This document shows, piece after piece, positions 19,343-29,509 of a stretch of DNA of 64,000 nucleotides. The position numbers were made by a program, and so were the translations under genes. Below the pieces are notes generated by a model that did no database searches, was not told where the DNA came from, and was given only the letters and a program-made list of their open reading frames with translations. This DNA is from an uncultured delta proteobacterium (GTDB lineage Bacteria; Myxococcota_A; Polyangia; Polyangiales; Houyiibacteriaceae): the NCBI GenBank assembly GCA_963699755.1, contig CAVOVB010000010.1, positions 204,363-268,362 of the forward strand. Reading direction: 5' to 3'. Each line of letters opens with the position of its first letter. The first letter of the stretch is position 1.

Positions 19343-22300
19343 ATGGGCGCCGAATTCGTTCACCTGCACGTTCACAGCGAGTTCTCGATGTTGGACGGGG
19401 CCATTCGGATTCCGCAGCTCGTCGAGAGCGTCGGGAAAATGGACATGCCCGCGGTCGCCCTGACCGACAACGGCAACATGTTCGGGGCCGTCCAACTGGT
19501 GCGCGCGTGCACGAAGACCAAGGTCAAGCCGATACTCGGCTGCGAAGTGAGCTTCACGTCCGGCGACCGGCGCGACCCCAGCAATCACGAGCTCCATCAC
19601 TTACTGCTGCTCGCCAGCTCGCAGGAGGGCTACCAGAACCTGGTACGCTTGGTAAGCACCGGCTGGGTCGATGGGATGGCGATCCATGATGAGCCGCGCA
19701 TCGATTTCGAGGCTCTTCAGAAGCACAGCAAAGGCGTCGTAGGGATGAGCGCCTGCATGGGCGGTTATGTCGCGCAGGAAATCCTCAACAAGGGGCCGGA
19801 AGTCGGCCGTGAGGCGATCGCGAAGCTCCGTGATTCGTTCGACCCGGGCTACTTCTTCATCGAGATACAGGACCACGGCTTCCCCGAGAACCGACCGCTC
19901 AACCAAGTTCTCGGCCGGCTTGCCAAGGAGCTCGACCTACCGCTGGTGGGCACCAACGACTGCCACTACCTCGAGCGTCAATCCGCGCACGCGCAGCTAG
20001 TGCTTCAATGTATCGGCGCGGGGCGCAGCGTGCGCGAGATGGAGGCAGTACACCATCACTCCTCCGAGCTCTACCTCAAAACGCCCGAGCAGATGGTCAA
20101 CCTCTTCGCGCATGTCCCCGATGCGGCGACGAACACGCTCCTAATAGCCGAAATGTGCGCGGGCCAGGCCACGCCACTCGCAGACCCGCGGCTACCGCGA
20201 TTTTCGGTACCCGGTGGGGCGAGTGAAGAGGACTACTTGCGCGCGCTCTCGGTCGCGGGCCTCGCGCGGCGCATGGTGGAAATGCGCGAGCGTGGCGAAT
20301 CCTTCGAACAGGGACCCTATCACAGCCGCCTCGAGCTCGAGCTCGACGTCATCTTGAAAATGGGCTTCGCCGGGTACTTCTTGATCGTTCAGGACTTCAT
20401 CAACTGGGCGAAGGATAACGGCGTCCCGGTCGGACCTGGGCGCGGTTCCGGAGCTGGCTCTTTGGTCGCCTGGGTGCTGCGAATCACCGACCTCAACCCG
20501 ATCAAGCACGGACTTCTTTTCGAGCGGTTCTTGAACCCGGAGCGGGTGTCGATGCCGGACTTCGACATCGACTTCTGCATGGACCAGCGCGACCGCGTCA
20601 TTCAGTACGTGCGCGACAAGTATGGCCAGGCGAGCGTCGGACAGATCGCGACTTTCCATCAGCTCAAGAGCCGAAGCGTCGTACGAGACGTGGGGCGCGT
20701 CATGGGTATGACGCCTGGCGAGGCAGGGTTGATCGCCACGATGATTCCAGAGCCGGTCGGCGGAAAGAGCGTCGCAATCGGTGACGCGCTCGCGCAGGAA
20801 GCCCGACTCAAGACCGCCTACGAGCAAGACAAGCAGGCGCACGAGCTGCTCGATACGGCGCAAGCGCTCGAGAACCTCACTCGGCACGCGGGCATGCACG
20901 CAGCCGGGGTCGTGATCAGCGAGGGTCCGATCTGGGACCACGTGCCGGTGTTCTGTCCCGAAAAGGACGTCTACGTCACGCAGTACCACAAGGATGACGT
21001 GGAGGCGGCGGGCCTCGTGAAGTTCGACTTCCTCGGGCTTCGAACGCTCACCGTCATCGACATCGCAACCAAGCTGATCGACAGGCGCCCCGACCGCCAG
21101 GGCGAGCCGTTCCGAATCGATCAAATCTCGATGGACGACGATGCGACCTATGCGCTTCTGCAGTCGGGCGAGACGACCAACGTGTTCCAACTCGAGTCGA
21201 GCGGCATGCAGAACCTCTTCAAGCAACTTCGGCCCGATCGGTTCGACGACATCGTCGCCGCAGTGGCTCTTTATCGCCCAGGCCCGATGGGTGCGCAGAT
21301 GGACAAGGATTTCGTCCATCGCAAACACGGGCGGCAGCAGGTTCAGTACCCGCACCCCTCGCTCGAAGGCATCCTCCGGGAGACGCGCGGCGTCATCGTC
21401 TACCAGGAGCAGGTCATGCAAATCGCCCAGGAGATGGCAGGGTACTCGCTCGGTGGCGCAGATCTCTTGCGGCGCGCCATGGGTAAGAAGAAGGCCTCTG
21501 AGATGGACACGCAAAAGGCGATCTTCATCGAGGGCGCGATGAGCCGCGGGCACACTCAGGAAAAGGCCGAGGAGGTTTTCGACTTGATGGCGTACTTCGC
21601 CGGGTACGGTTTCAACAAGAGCCATTCGGCGGCCTATGCGCTGATCACCTATCAAACCGCCTATCTCAAGTCGCACTACCCGGTCGAGTTCACCTGCGCG
21701 ACGCTGACGGCCGACAAAGAAAAGATCGACAAGGTGGTTCGCACGGTCGCCGAAGCGCGCTCGATGGGGATTACGGTCTTGCCGCCCGACGTCAACGAAT
21801 CTGAGATCGAGTTCACCGTGGTGTACAACCCGGATGACGCGCAAGACGTCGCGCGGCTTCGTCACAAGCCGGTTTGCTACAATGGCGAGGTACACGACCC
21901 GATGGGGCCGAAGATTCGCTTCGGGCTCGGCGCGATCAAAGGCGTGGGCACCGGGGCGGTCGCGGCAATTCTCGAAGCGCGGCACGGGGCGCCGGAAGCC
22001 GACGGTGGCCCGGCGCACGAACGCCCCTTTGTCGACCTCTTTGATTTCTGCGCAAGGGTCGACCTGAGGCGGGTGAACAAGAGTGTGATCGAAGCGCTCG
22101 TCCAGTGCGGCGCGTTCGATACGGTGCACCAGGCCATCGACGTGCATCGCTCGCAGTCGTTCGTGGCGATCGAATCGGCGATCGAGCGTGGCAAGCGCAT
22201 CCAGGCGGAGCGTTCGAGCGGCCAAGAGAGCCTCTTTGGCTTGATGGGCGGCGAGGAAGAAGCGCAGACCTACGAGCACCCGGGGGGGAGCTTTCCCGTA

Positions 22301-22975
22301 CTCGATGCCTGGGATTCGCGCGATCAACTCTCTCGAGAGAAGAGCACGCTCGGTTTCTACGTGTCGGGGCATCCTCTCGACCGATATCGGGGCGAGCTGC
22401 TGCGCTTCTGCGACGCGACGACCGAAAGTGCGGCCCAGCTCGTCAACCACCGCGAAATCACCGTCGGCGGCACGGTCGAGGGCTACCGTGAGCGCCGGAC
22501 CAAGATGGGGCACACGATGGCGTTCTTCCACATCGAGGACGCCCTCGGTCGCATCGAAGTCATCGTTCGCCCGAAGTGCCTCGAAAAGCCGGGCATCCGG
22601 GAGGCGCTTCAGTCGGGCGAGCCCATCCTGCTGAGCGGTCGCGTGAAGCACGAACAGGATCGCAACGACGAAAGCGCCGCACCCGAAGCCAAAATTCTTC
22701 TTGAAGAGGCAACGCTACTGAGTGAAGCGCTCCAAGAGCGAACCACATCGATCACGGTGCGCCTCACCGTCGAAACCATCGACCGGAGCAAGCTCGACTC
22801 CCTCCGCTCGATGCTCGAGCAGTACCCAGGGCCCTGCCCGGTCACCCTCGAGCTCAACTCCCCCGGCGACTGGCGCGTCAACCTCGCGGAGACGGGCCTC
22901 TTCGTAGACCCGAGCGATGCCCTCCTCAGCGGTCTCGAACGCCTCTTCGGTGCCAAAGTATGCGAGCTTCACTAG
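19343..22975 (+). CDS. dnaE: DNA polymerase III alpha subunit
   Basis: PHP HLHVHSEFS, GPGRGSGAGS, LLFERFLNPERVSMPDFDIDF, KFDFLGL, GYGFNKSHS, OB fold. Confidence 0.98.
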   Translation: MGAEFVHLHVHSEFSMLDGAIRIPQLVESVGKMDMPAVALTDNGNMFGAVQLVRACTKTKVKPILGCEVSFTSGDRRDPSNHELHHLLLLASSQEGYQNLVRLVSTGWVDGMAIHDEPRIDFEALQKHSKGVVGMSACMGGYVAQEILNKGPEVGREAIAKLRDSFDPGYFFIEIQDHGFPENRPLNQVLGRLAKELDLPLVGTNDCHYLERQSAHAQLVLQCIGAGRSVREMEAVHHHSSELYLKTPEQMVNLFAHVPDAATNTLLIAEMCAGQATPLADPRLPRFSVPGGASEEDYLRALSVAGLARRMVEMRERGESFEQGPYHSRLELELDVILKMGFAGYFLIVQDFINWAKDNGVPVGPGRGSGAGSLVAWVLRITDLNPIKHGLLFERFLNPERVSMPDFDIDFCMDQRDRVIQYVRDKYGQASVGQIATFHQLKSRSVVRDVGRVMGMTPGEAGLIATMIPEPVGGKSVAIGDALAQEARLKTAYEQDKQAHELLDTAQALENLTRHAGMHAAGVVISEGPIWDHVPVFCPEKDVYVTQYHKDDVEAAGLVKFDFLGLRTLTVIDIATKLIDRRPDRQGEPFRIDQISMDDDATYALLQSGETTNVFQLESSGMQNLFKQLRPDRFDDIVAAVALYRPGPMGAQMDKDFVHRKHGRQQVQYPHPSLEGILRETRGVIVYQEQVMQIAQEMAGYSLGGADLLRRAMGKKKASEMDTQKAIFIEGAMSRGHTQEKAEEVFDLMAYFAGYGFNKSHSAAYALITYQTAYLKSHYPVEFTCATLTADKEKIDKVVRTVAEARSMGITVLPPDVNESEIEFTVVYNPDDAQDVARLRHKPVCYNGEVHDPMGPKIRFGLGAIKGVGTGAVAAILEARHGAPEADGGPAHERPFVDLFDFCARVDLRRVNKSVIEALVQCGAFDTVHQAIDVHRSQSFVAIESAIERGKRIQAERSSGQESLFGLMGGEEEAQTYEHPGGSFPVLDAWDSRDQLSREKSTLGFYVSGHPLDRYRGELLRFCDATTESAAQLVNHREITVGGTVEGYRERRTKMGHTMAFFHIEDALGRIEVIVRPKCLEKPGIREALQSGEPILLSGRVKHEQDRNDESAAPEAKILLEEATLLSEALQERTTSITVRLTVETIDRSKLDSLRSMLEQYPGPCPVTLELNSPGDWRVNLAETGLFVDPSDALLSGLERLFGAKVCELH

Positions 22976-23053
22976 GCGAGAGATGGCCTGGGGGTGCTGA
23001 TCTGGGACAAGACAAACTGATGAACCGCAGATTCGCCCCGAACAGCAACGCGC

Positions 23054-23725
23054 ATGTCTCCTGAGCCAAAGACCGAGGAGGAGTTGCTGGCCCGCGCCTG
23101 GGACATCGCTGGGCTCACGCTTGGAAAGCTCGGGGCACGGGTCGGCATCGACGTGCCAGACGAATCGGCGCGAGCGAAGGGAATCGCCGGGCAGATTCTG
23201 GAGAAGGCGCTCGGCGCAACGGCCGGGTCGCGGGCGGAACCAGATTTCGTGACGCTAGGGATCGAGCTCAAGACGATTCCGCTCGACGCCACGGGCAAGC
23301 CGACGGAGTCGACCTTCGTCTGCTCGATCTCTCTCTCTGCCATGGCGGATACCGACTGGGAGCGAAGCACGGTCTTGAAGAAGTTGTCCAAAGTGCTTTT
23401 CATCCCCATCGAGGCCGCATCGAAGGTGCCACTGTGCGATCGGAGGGTCGGACGCGCCTACCGCTGGTCGCCCAACGCGGAGGAGCGGCAGCTCATGCGC
23501 GCGGACTGGGAGCGCCTCGCCGACATGATCGCCGCCGGTGACGTCGAACAGATCACCGGGCACCTAGGTGAGGTCCTGCAAGTGCGTCCGAAGGCCCCTC
23601 ACGGGCGAAGCCGGCGAAGGGCTCCGGACGAAGAAGGCGCAGTACAATGGACGATGCCGCGCGGCTTCTACTTGCGACCGGCGTTCACCCGAGCAGTTCT
23701 CGCCCGGCTCCAGGCCGAGGCGTGA
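23054..23725 (+). CDS. mutH: DNA mismatch repair endonuclease MutH
   Basis: KG..GQ..E..LGA.AGS..EPDF..LGIELKTIP, ESTFVC, LQVRPKA, PRGFYL. Confidence 0.9.
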   Translation: MSPEPKTEEELLARAWDIAGLTLGKLGARVGIDVPDESARAKGIAGQILEKALGATAGSRAEPDFVTLGIELKTIPLDATGKPTESTFVCSISLSAMADTDWERSTVLKKLSKVLFIPIEAASKVPLCDRRVGRAYRWSPNAEERQLMRADWERLADMIAAGDVEQITGHLGEVLQVRPKAPHGRSRRRAPDEEGAVQWTMPRGFYLRPAFTRAVLARLQAEA

Positions 23726-23995
23726 CATGGCCGCGAGCCCTGCACCGAGTAGGGTGGCAAGCCATCTCGAGGTCTCTCCCCCGGAGCGAGCCCGACGTGG
23801 AGGGCCTCGCCGAGCGTACGATCGGCGCTCTTCGAGATCCGTTTGAGCCAGCCGTTTCGGTGCATGCGAAGAATCGCTCGCATCAAGAATGCCTTTGGTT
23901 GCAGGTCAGCCTTGCTTCAGTGTAGACGGACGCCGGCAATCATCCAGACTCATCGGCGCGCACATATCGACATTGCATCACCGTCACCCCGCCGA

Positions 23996-25084
23996 TCAGT
24001 CCACAAAGGGAGCTGGGGTCGGCGGATCGCTGCTGCGGTTGCGAGCGACCTCGGGTGAGAGCTCGTAGACGCGGGCGATGTCGTCCCAGAGCGTTGCACC
24101 GGGCTCGATGGCGTTCTTTCCCATGTACGGCGAAGCCGCGACGAGGGCGCGCCATACCAGGGGCCGAAATGGCGACAAGGCGAGCTTGCGAACACGAGAC
24201 CGAGTCCGAAGCTCTTCCATGTATGCCCCTCGCGAGATGCGCTGGAAGCCGAGCATCTGCTCGCTGGATTTCTCGTCCATCCAGCATTCGTAGAACCAGC
24301 CGTCCCTGATCGAAAGATCGGGGCTCGGTCGAAACGCCTTCTCCGGAGGCATGGTGAGGCCCACGGCGTCGAACACCTCGCCACGCAACTGACGCGCGGT
24401 CACTTTCCAAGACTGGTCCCCACCGATCAGAAACAGATGGCCGTCGGGCTGCTGCGCTGCCGCCGAGGCGATCGCGCGCGCAGCATCGCGCACGTCGACC
24501 CCGTGCTCGGGCTGATCGAGCGACACCATGAAGATGAAGGGACGATAGCTGGGATGCTCGGGCATCAGATTGCGGAGGTCCATTACGGCGCCGAGCCGCA
24601 GCGAGCATTGGCGGAGGCCCGAATGGCGAAGCCAGCTCTCGACGGTGAGCTTCTGCAATCCGTAGTTGTCATCAGGCCGACAGGGGTCGGTCAACCGCCG
24701 AAACGGATCTCCCGGTGCACATGGGCCAAACGCTGCATAGCTCGACACGAATACGAAGAACGCACCAGGCACGTGTCGCGTTGCCGCGTCGATCAGATGC
24801 TGGGCACCTCCCAGGTTCACCGATTCGGCCAGCTCGGGCTCTGCATAGGCAATAGGTGCCACGATCGCGGCGCAGTGGATGATGACGTCGGGTTTCACGA
24901 GCGCGACGAGTCGTGTCACCGCGCTCGGATTGGTCAGGTCACAGGCCTCGAACCGAACACCGGTCGGAATGCCCTCGGAATGGAGGTCGGTCGCCACCAC
25001 CTCCATGCCCCGCCGTGCCAGCGCCCCGATCACGTAGCTGCCCACCTTGCCCGCAGCCCCCGTCAGTAGTGCAGTCCTGCTCAT
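23996..25084 (-). CDS. Extended SDR / NAD-dependent epimerase-dehydratase
   Basis: LLTGAAGKVG, HCAA, VSS, YGLQK (YxxxK); alternative GTG start 25123 overlaps ftsH stop. Confidence 0.88.
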   Translation of the reverse strand: MSRTALLTGAAGKVGSYVIGALARRGMEVVATDLHSEGIPTGVRFEACDLTNPSAVTRLVALVKPDVIIHCAAIVAPIAYAEPELAESVNLGGAQHLIDAATRHVPGAFFVFVSSYAAFGPCAPGDPFRRLTDPCRPDDNYGLQKLTVESWLRHSGLRQCSLRLGAVMDLRNLMPEHPSYRPFIFMVSLDQPEHGVDVRDAARAIASAAAQQPDGHLFLIGGDQSWKVTARQLRGEVFDAVGLTMPPEKAFRPSPDLSIRDGWFYECWMDEKSSEQMLGFQRISRGAYMEELRTRSRVRKLALSPFRPLVWRALVAASPYMGKNAIEPGATLWDDIARVYELSPEVARNRSSDPPTPAPFVD

Positions 25085-25119
25085 CGTGACCTCTTTCGCA
25101 GCCTCCTCGAAATCAAGCG

Positions 25120-26988
25120 TCACTCCGACGCAGGTTCTGAGCGCTTCTGTTCGATTTCGTCGTATAGGGCCTGTAGCTCGGCCTCTCCCAGGGTTTCCTT
25201 CTCCAACAGCAGTCGCGCCCCCTTCTCCAAGGTGTCGCGCTCCTTGCTGAGGACGGCGAGTGCCATGTCGAAGGCGCTCTGGACCATGGCCCGGACCGCG
25301 GTGTCGATCTCCCGAGCGGTGTCGTCGCTATACTCCCGCGTTCGAAAAGGAGAGACCCCTCCCCCCAAGAAAGCCGACGATTCGCTCTCATAGGAAACAT
25401 GACCGAGCTCGGGCACCATCGCATAGCGAGTCACCATGCTGCGAGCAATGTCGGTCACCTTCGCTAGGTCGTCCGCTGCACCCGTGGACACATGATCGAA
25501 AACCAACTGCTCCGCAGCGCGTCCGCCCAGGAGGACGGCCATCTTTTCCTGCAGCTCTTCGCTCGTCATCAAGAAGCGATCTTCGGTAGGTCGCTGCATC
25601 GTGTATCCCAACGCGCCAACTCCTCGTGGAATGATCGACACCTTGTGCACCGGATCGCAGTGCTCCGACACGAGGGCTACCAGCGCGTGACCCATTTCGT
25701 GGTATGCGACGACTTCGCGCTCACGTGGATTGAGGATACGATTTTTCTTCTCGAGGCCAGCGACGATGCGCTCGATGGCAGCTGTGAAGTCCTCCAAGCT
25801 CACGCTGTCGGCGCCTCTTCGCGTGGCCACGATGGCGGCTTCGTTGACCAGATTGGCCAGGTCCGCACCGGTGAATCCAGGGGTGAGGGCCGCCACCTCT
25901 TCGAGATCAAGCTCGGCCCCGAGGGCTACGTCTTTCGCGTGCACCTTGAGAATCGCGGTTCTGCCGCGGCGGTCTGGCCGATCCACGAGCACCTGCCGAT
26001 CGAACCGGCCCGCACGCAGCAGAGCGGGATCCAAAATCTCGGGGCGGTTCGTGGCGGACAGGAGCACGATGCCCGTCGACGAATCGAACCCATCGAGCTC
26101 GACCAGCAACTGATTGAGCGTCTGCTCCTTTTCGTCCATGCCCCCCGTGAAAGGCTGGGCATTTCTCGCTCGGCCGAGGGCATCGAGCTCATCGATGAAG
26201 ATGATGCAGGGCGCTTGCTGGCGAGCCTGGTCGAATAGATCTCGAACGCGTGCCGCGCCTACCCCCACAAACATCTCGACGAACTCTGACCCGCTGATCG
26301 AAAAGAAGGGAACTCCTGCCTCCCCGGCGACGGCGCGAGCCAAGAGCGTTTTGCCAGTGCCCGGGGCGCCCACGAGCAAGATCCCTCTGGGCATACGAGC
26401 GCCGAGCCGGCCATAGGATTCCGGGTCCTTGAGAAAGGCGACGACTTCCTCGAGCTCTTGCTTGGCTTCGTCGACGCCGGCAACGTCAGAGAAGGTCACC
26501 CGCGTATCGGTCTCCATATAGACTTTCGCCCTGCTCTTGCCGACCGACATGAGCCCGGCGCCAGGGCCGCCGAGCCCTGCCATCCGGCGATTCAAGAAAA
26601 ACCAAAAGCCCAAGAAGAGAAGCAAAGGCAACGACCAGGAGACGATTCCTCGCACCAGCGCGCTCTGCTCCTGCTTCGAATACTCGACCCCATGCGCTTG
26701 GAGGGTTTGGGCCAGATCGGGATCGACCCGATTGGTCACAAAGCGCGTCTTTCCATCGATGGCTTCGGTCAGCTCGCCTCGCAGGGCATCGTCCGTGACG
26801 ACGACCTCTTTGACCTTTCCTGCTACAAGCAGCGTCTCGAATTCACTGTAAGGGATCGACGCGACAGCTTCGTAGGTAGTCCAGACCTGCAGCAGAAACG
26901 ACCCTCCCACGATGGCCACGAGAAGATAAAGAATGGCGAGACGAAGCCTAGGTCTCCTCCATTTGGGCTCCCGGTCTTGGTTTGGCAT
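25120..26988 (-). CDS. ftsH: ATP-dependent zinc metalloprotease FtsH (accessory-type copy)
   Basis: Two TMs, [40 protein letters not shown]. Confidence 0.96.
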   Translation of the reverse strand: MPNQDREPKWRRPRLRLAILYLLVAIVGGSFLLQVWTTYEAVASIPYSEFETLLVAGKVKEVVVTDDALRGELTEAIDGKTRFVTNRVDPDLAQTLQAHGVEYSKQEQSALVRGIVSWSLPLLLFLGFWFFLNRRMAGLGGPGAGLMSVGKSRAKVYMETDTRVTFSDVAGVDEAKQELEEVVAFLKDPESYGRLGARMPRGILLVGAPGTGKTLLARAVAGEAGVPFFSISGSEFVEMFVGVGAARVRDLFDQARQQAPCIIFIDELDALGRARNAQPFTGGMDEKEQTLNQLLVELDGFDSSTGIVLLSATNRPEILDPALLRAGRFDRQVLVDRPDRRGRTAILKVHAKDVALGAELDLEEVAALTPGFTGADLANLVNEAAIVATRRGADSVSLEDFTAAIERIVAGLEKKNRILNPREREVVAYHEMGHALVALVSEHCDPVHKVSIIPRGVGALGYTMQRPTEDRFLMTSEELQEKMAVLLGGRAAEQLVFDHVSTGAADDLAKVTDIARSMVTRYAMVPELGHVSYESESSAFLGGGVSPFRTREYSDDTAREIDTAVRAMVQSAFDMALAVLSKERDTLEKGARLLLEKETLGEAELQALYDEIEQKRSEPASE

Positions 26989-27006
26989 TGGGCTCGGAGG
27001 GACCTT

Positions 27007-27022
27007 AGCACTCGAAGTGCCT
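27007..27022 (-). promoter_or_regulatory. Possible sigma54 promoter for ftsH
   Basis: AGGCACT-TCGA-GTGCT on minus strand; very close to ATG; no upstream boxes found. Confidence 0.4.
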
Positions 27023-27063
27023 CGTGGGGGGGTCTCATGTATGTTGGCGGAGCGATCAAGACC

Positions 27064-28266
27064 GTGACTACCAGCGAAACGATTCCGACACCGGGCGCCG
27101 TCGAAGAAGCAAGCAATCTCATGATGCGCTTTGCACAACGCACGGGGCTCGTCTCCGACCTCCCCCCGCGTCGGTACCTATGGACGGACGCCTTTGCGGT
27201 TTGCAACCTACTCGCCTTGACCGAGGCGACCGGCGAAGAGCGGTACACGGCGCTCGCGCTTCGCTTGATCGACCAAGTGCATCACGTGCTTGGAACCCAT
27301 CGCGCCGATGATCCACGAACCGGATGGATCAGCGGACTCGGTGAGCAGGAAGGTGCGTCGCACCCAACTCGGGGCGGGTTGCGAATCGGCAAGGCTCTCC
27401 CCGAACGAGCGATCGGAGAAGCTTTCGATGAGCGACTGGAGTGGGAACGGGACGGGCAGTACTTCCATTACCTGACAAAATGGATGCACGCCCTGGACCA
27501 GGCATCCCGCAGGACAGGGCGATCGCAGCTCAACGCCTGGGCGCGGGAGCTCGCCAAGGTGTCGCACGATGCTTTCACCTATGCCGATCGAAGCGGTCGA
27601 CGCATGGTTTGGAAGATGAGCATCGATCTTTCGCGCCCGCTCGTCCCTTCGATGGGCCATCACGACCCGTTGGATGGCTTCATCACGGGCACGGAGTTGC
27701 AAATGACGCGGTCAATGCAACCGGGCACCCCAAGCGGCCCGGGGTTGGAGGACGAGGTGGCGGACTTCGCCGCCATGATCGCAGGCCAAGACTGGGCGAC
27801 CGCCGACCCACTGGGCCTGGGCGGACTGCTGGCGGATGCTTCACGCGTTGCGCAGCTCATGCAGCTCGGGGCACTTGAGGGAACGGATCTGCTGCACGAC
27901 TTGCTCGCTGCGGCGCTGCGAGGTCTTCCGGAGTATCTGCGGCAAAACGATCTGAGGTATCCCGCCTCTCGCCGCCTGGCTTTTCGGGAGCTCGGGCTCG
28001 CGATCGGGCTTTTCGCAGTCGAGCGGATCGAGAGGGATGTCGAAACGACCCAGGGGAGCTCGTCTCGAGGCGCAGAAGTACGCGAGCAGATCGAGGCCCT
28101 CGCGCCCTACCTCACCCTCGGTCGGGAGATCCAGTCCTTTTGGCTCCATCCTCTGCATCGAGAAGCACGCACTTGGTCAGAGCACCGAGACATCAACGAA
28201 GTGATGCTCGCCACCAGCCTCCTTCCGGCGGGTTTTCTGTCGATGCGCCCATCCGGCTCACCATGA
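27064..28266 (+). CDS. Conserved hypothetical protein (RRYLWTDAF family; probable alpha/alpha toroid)
   Basis: RRYLWTDAFAV, GGLRIGK, DGQYFHYLTKWM.AL, WKMSIDLSRPLV.SMG.HDP.DG, RLAFRELGL.IG, DINEVMLATSL; start uncertain (27064 GTG or 27121 ATG). Confidence 0.75.
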   Translation: MTTSETIPTPGAVEEASNLMMRFAQRTGLVSDLPPRRYLWTDAFAVCNLLALTEATGEERYTALALRLIDQVHHVLGTHRADDPRTGWISGLGEQEGASHPTRGGLRIGKALPERAIGEAFDERLEWERDGQYFHYLTKWMHALDQASRRTGRSQLNAWARELAKVSHDAFTYADRSGRRMVWKMSIDLSRPLVPSMGHHDPLDGFITGTELQMTRSMQPGTPSGPGLEDEVADFAAMIAGQDWATADPLGLGGLLADASRVAQLMQLGALEGTDLLHDLLAAALRGLPEYLRQNDLRYPASRRLAFRELGLAIGLFAVERIERDVETTQGSSSRGAEVREQIEALAPYLTLGREIQSFWLHPLHREARTWSEHRDINEVMLATSLLPAGFLSMRPSGSP

Positions 28267-29474
28267 CCGTCACCATCGATGACATCCTGAGCGCTCACGA
28301 GCTCATCCGGCCGAGCATCGTGCGGACTCCGTTCGAGCTCTCCGAAACGCTGTCGGCACTGATCGGCGTGCAACTCTACCTGAAGTTCGAAAACCAACAG
28401 TTCACGGCATCATTCAAGGAACGAGGAGCGCTCCATCGCTTGCTGGGCCTGAGCCCAGCGCAACGCGCACAGGGCGTGATTGCCATGTCCGCGGGCAATC
28501 ATGCGCAGGCGCTCGCCTATCATGGAAGGCGGCTTGGGATCCCGACGACCATCGTCATGCCGCTGACCACGCCCAATCCCAAGGTGGAGCAGACGCGCGC
28601 GCATGGGGCTGAAGTGATTTTGCACGGGAGCCAGTTCGACGAAACGCGGGCGTTCACGCGAGAGCTGGCACGCCAACGGGGCCTGGCCTTGGTTCATCCC
28701 TATGACGACCCGGCGGTGATTGCGGGTCAGGGGACGCTTGCACTGGAGATGCTGGGGACAGGGACACGAATCGACACCCTCCTTGTGCCCATCGGAGGAG
28801 GCGGTCTGATCTCCGGGGTGGCCGTCGTGGCAAAGGCACTGCACCCCAGCATCCAGATCGTGGGCGTGCAAAGCGAGCGCTACCCGGCCGCGCACCATGC
28901 TTTTCATGGTCTCGACCCGAGTGAGGTCCCCAACCACGACACGGTTGCGGACGGCATCGCGGTCAAGTCACCCGGCGTCCTCACGATGGATCTCATTCGA
29001 CGCCACGTCGACGACATCGTCCTCGTGTCTGAAGACGACATCGAGCAGGCGATCTTCGTCCTTGCCGAGATCGAGAAGACCGTCGTCGAAGGTGCCGGCG
29101 CGGCAGGCGTCGCGGCAGCGATGAAGCACAAGAAGCGGTACCAGGGCCAGAACCTCGCAACCATCCTGTGCGGCGGCAACATCGACATGATGACGCTGTC
29201 CTCGGTCCTACAGCGTGGTATGGTGCGCAGCCACCGGCTGGTGAGGCTCGAGGTCGAGGTGCCGGACATCCCCGGCGCCCTTGGCCAAGTCACCCAGCTG
29301 ATCGGCGAGCTGCAGAGCAACATCATCGAGATCGGCCATCAGCGGGCCTTCGATGCCTCCTCCGCTCGTGCGGCGATCGTGAGCATGGTCCTTCAGCTTC
29401 GCGGCGAAGAAGAGGCGGAGCAGGTGTTGGAGGCCTTATCGGCCAAGGGCTTCGATGCTCGTTTGGTCCACTGA
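28263..29474 (+). CDS. ilvA: Threonine ammonia-lyase with ACT domain
   Basis: LKFENQQFTASFKERGA, SAGNHAQ, PIGGGGLISG, CGGNID, C-terminal ACT. Confidence 0.93.
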   Translation: MTVTIDDILSAHELIRPSIVRTPFELSETLSALIGVQLYLKFENQQFTASFKERGALHRLLGLSPAQRAQGVIAMSAGNHAQALAYHGRRLGIPTTIVMPLTTPNPKVEQTRAHGAEVILHGSQFDETRAFTRELARQRGLALVHPYDDPAVIAGQGTLALEMLGTGTRIDTLLVPIGGGGLISGVAVVAKALHPSIQIVGVQSERYPAAHHAFHGLDPSEVPNHDTVADGIAVKSPGVLTMDLIRRHVDDIVLVSEDDIEQAIFVLAEIEKTVVEGAGAAGVAAAMKHKKRYQGQNLATILCGGNIDMMTLSSVLQRGMVRSHRLVRLEVEVPDIPGALGQVTQLIGELQSNIIEIGHQRAFDASSARAAIVSMVLQLRGEEEAEQVLEALSAKGFDARLVH

Positions 29475-29509
29475 CTTCTGGTCCCCGGAGGCGCGGTCGC
29501 CGTTTGGAT

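Noticed and set aside
20192..22651. 819-aa antisense ORF opposite dnaE and similar long shadow ORFs (e.g. 13713-14975, 44543-45868)
   Set aside because: Expected in high-GC coding DNA; no recognisable motifs
19343..22975. Intein in DnaE
   Set aside because: Normal length, and no C/S...HN splice motifs or homing endonuclease
26458..27063. N-terminal extension of the 602-aa ORF
   Set aside because: Overlaps ftsH on the opposite strand; conserved motifs start after about 27120
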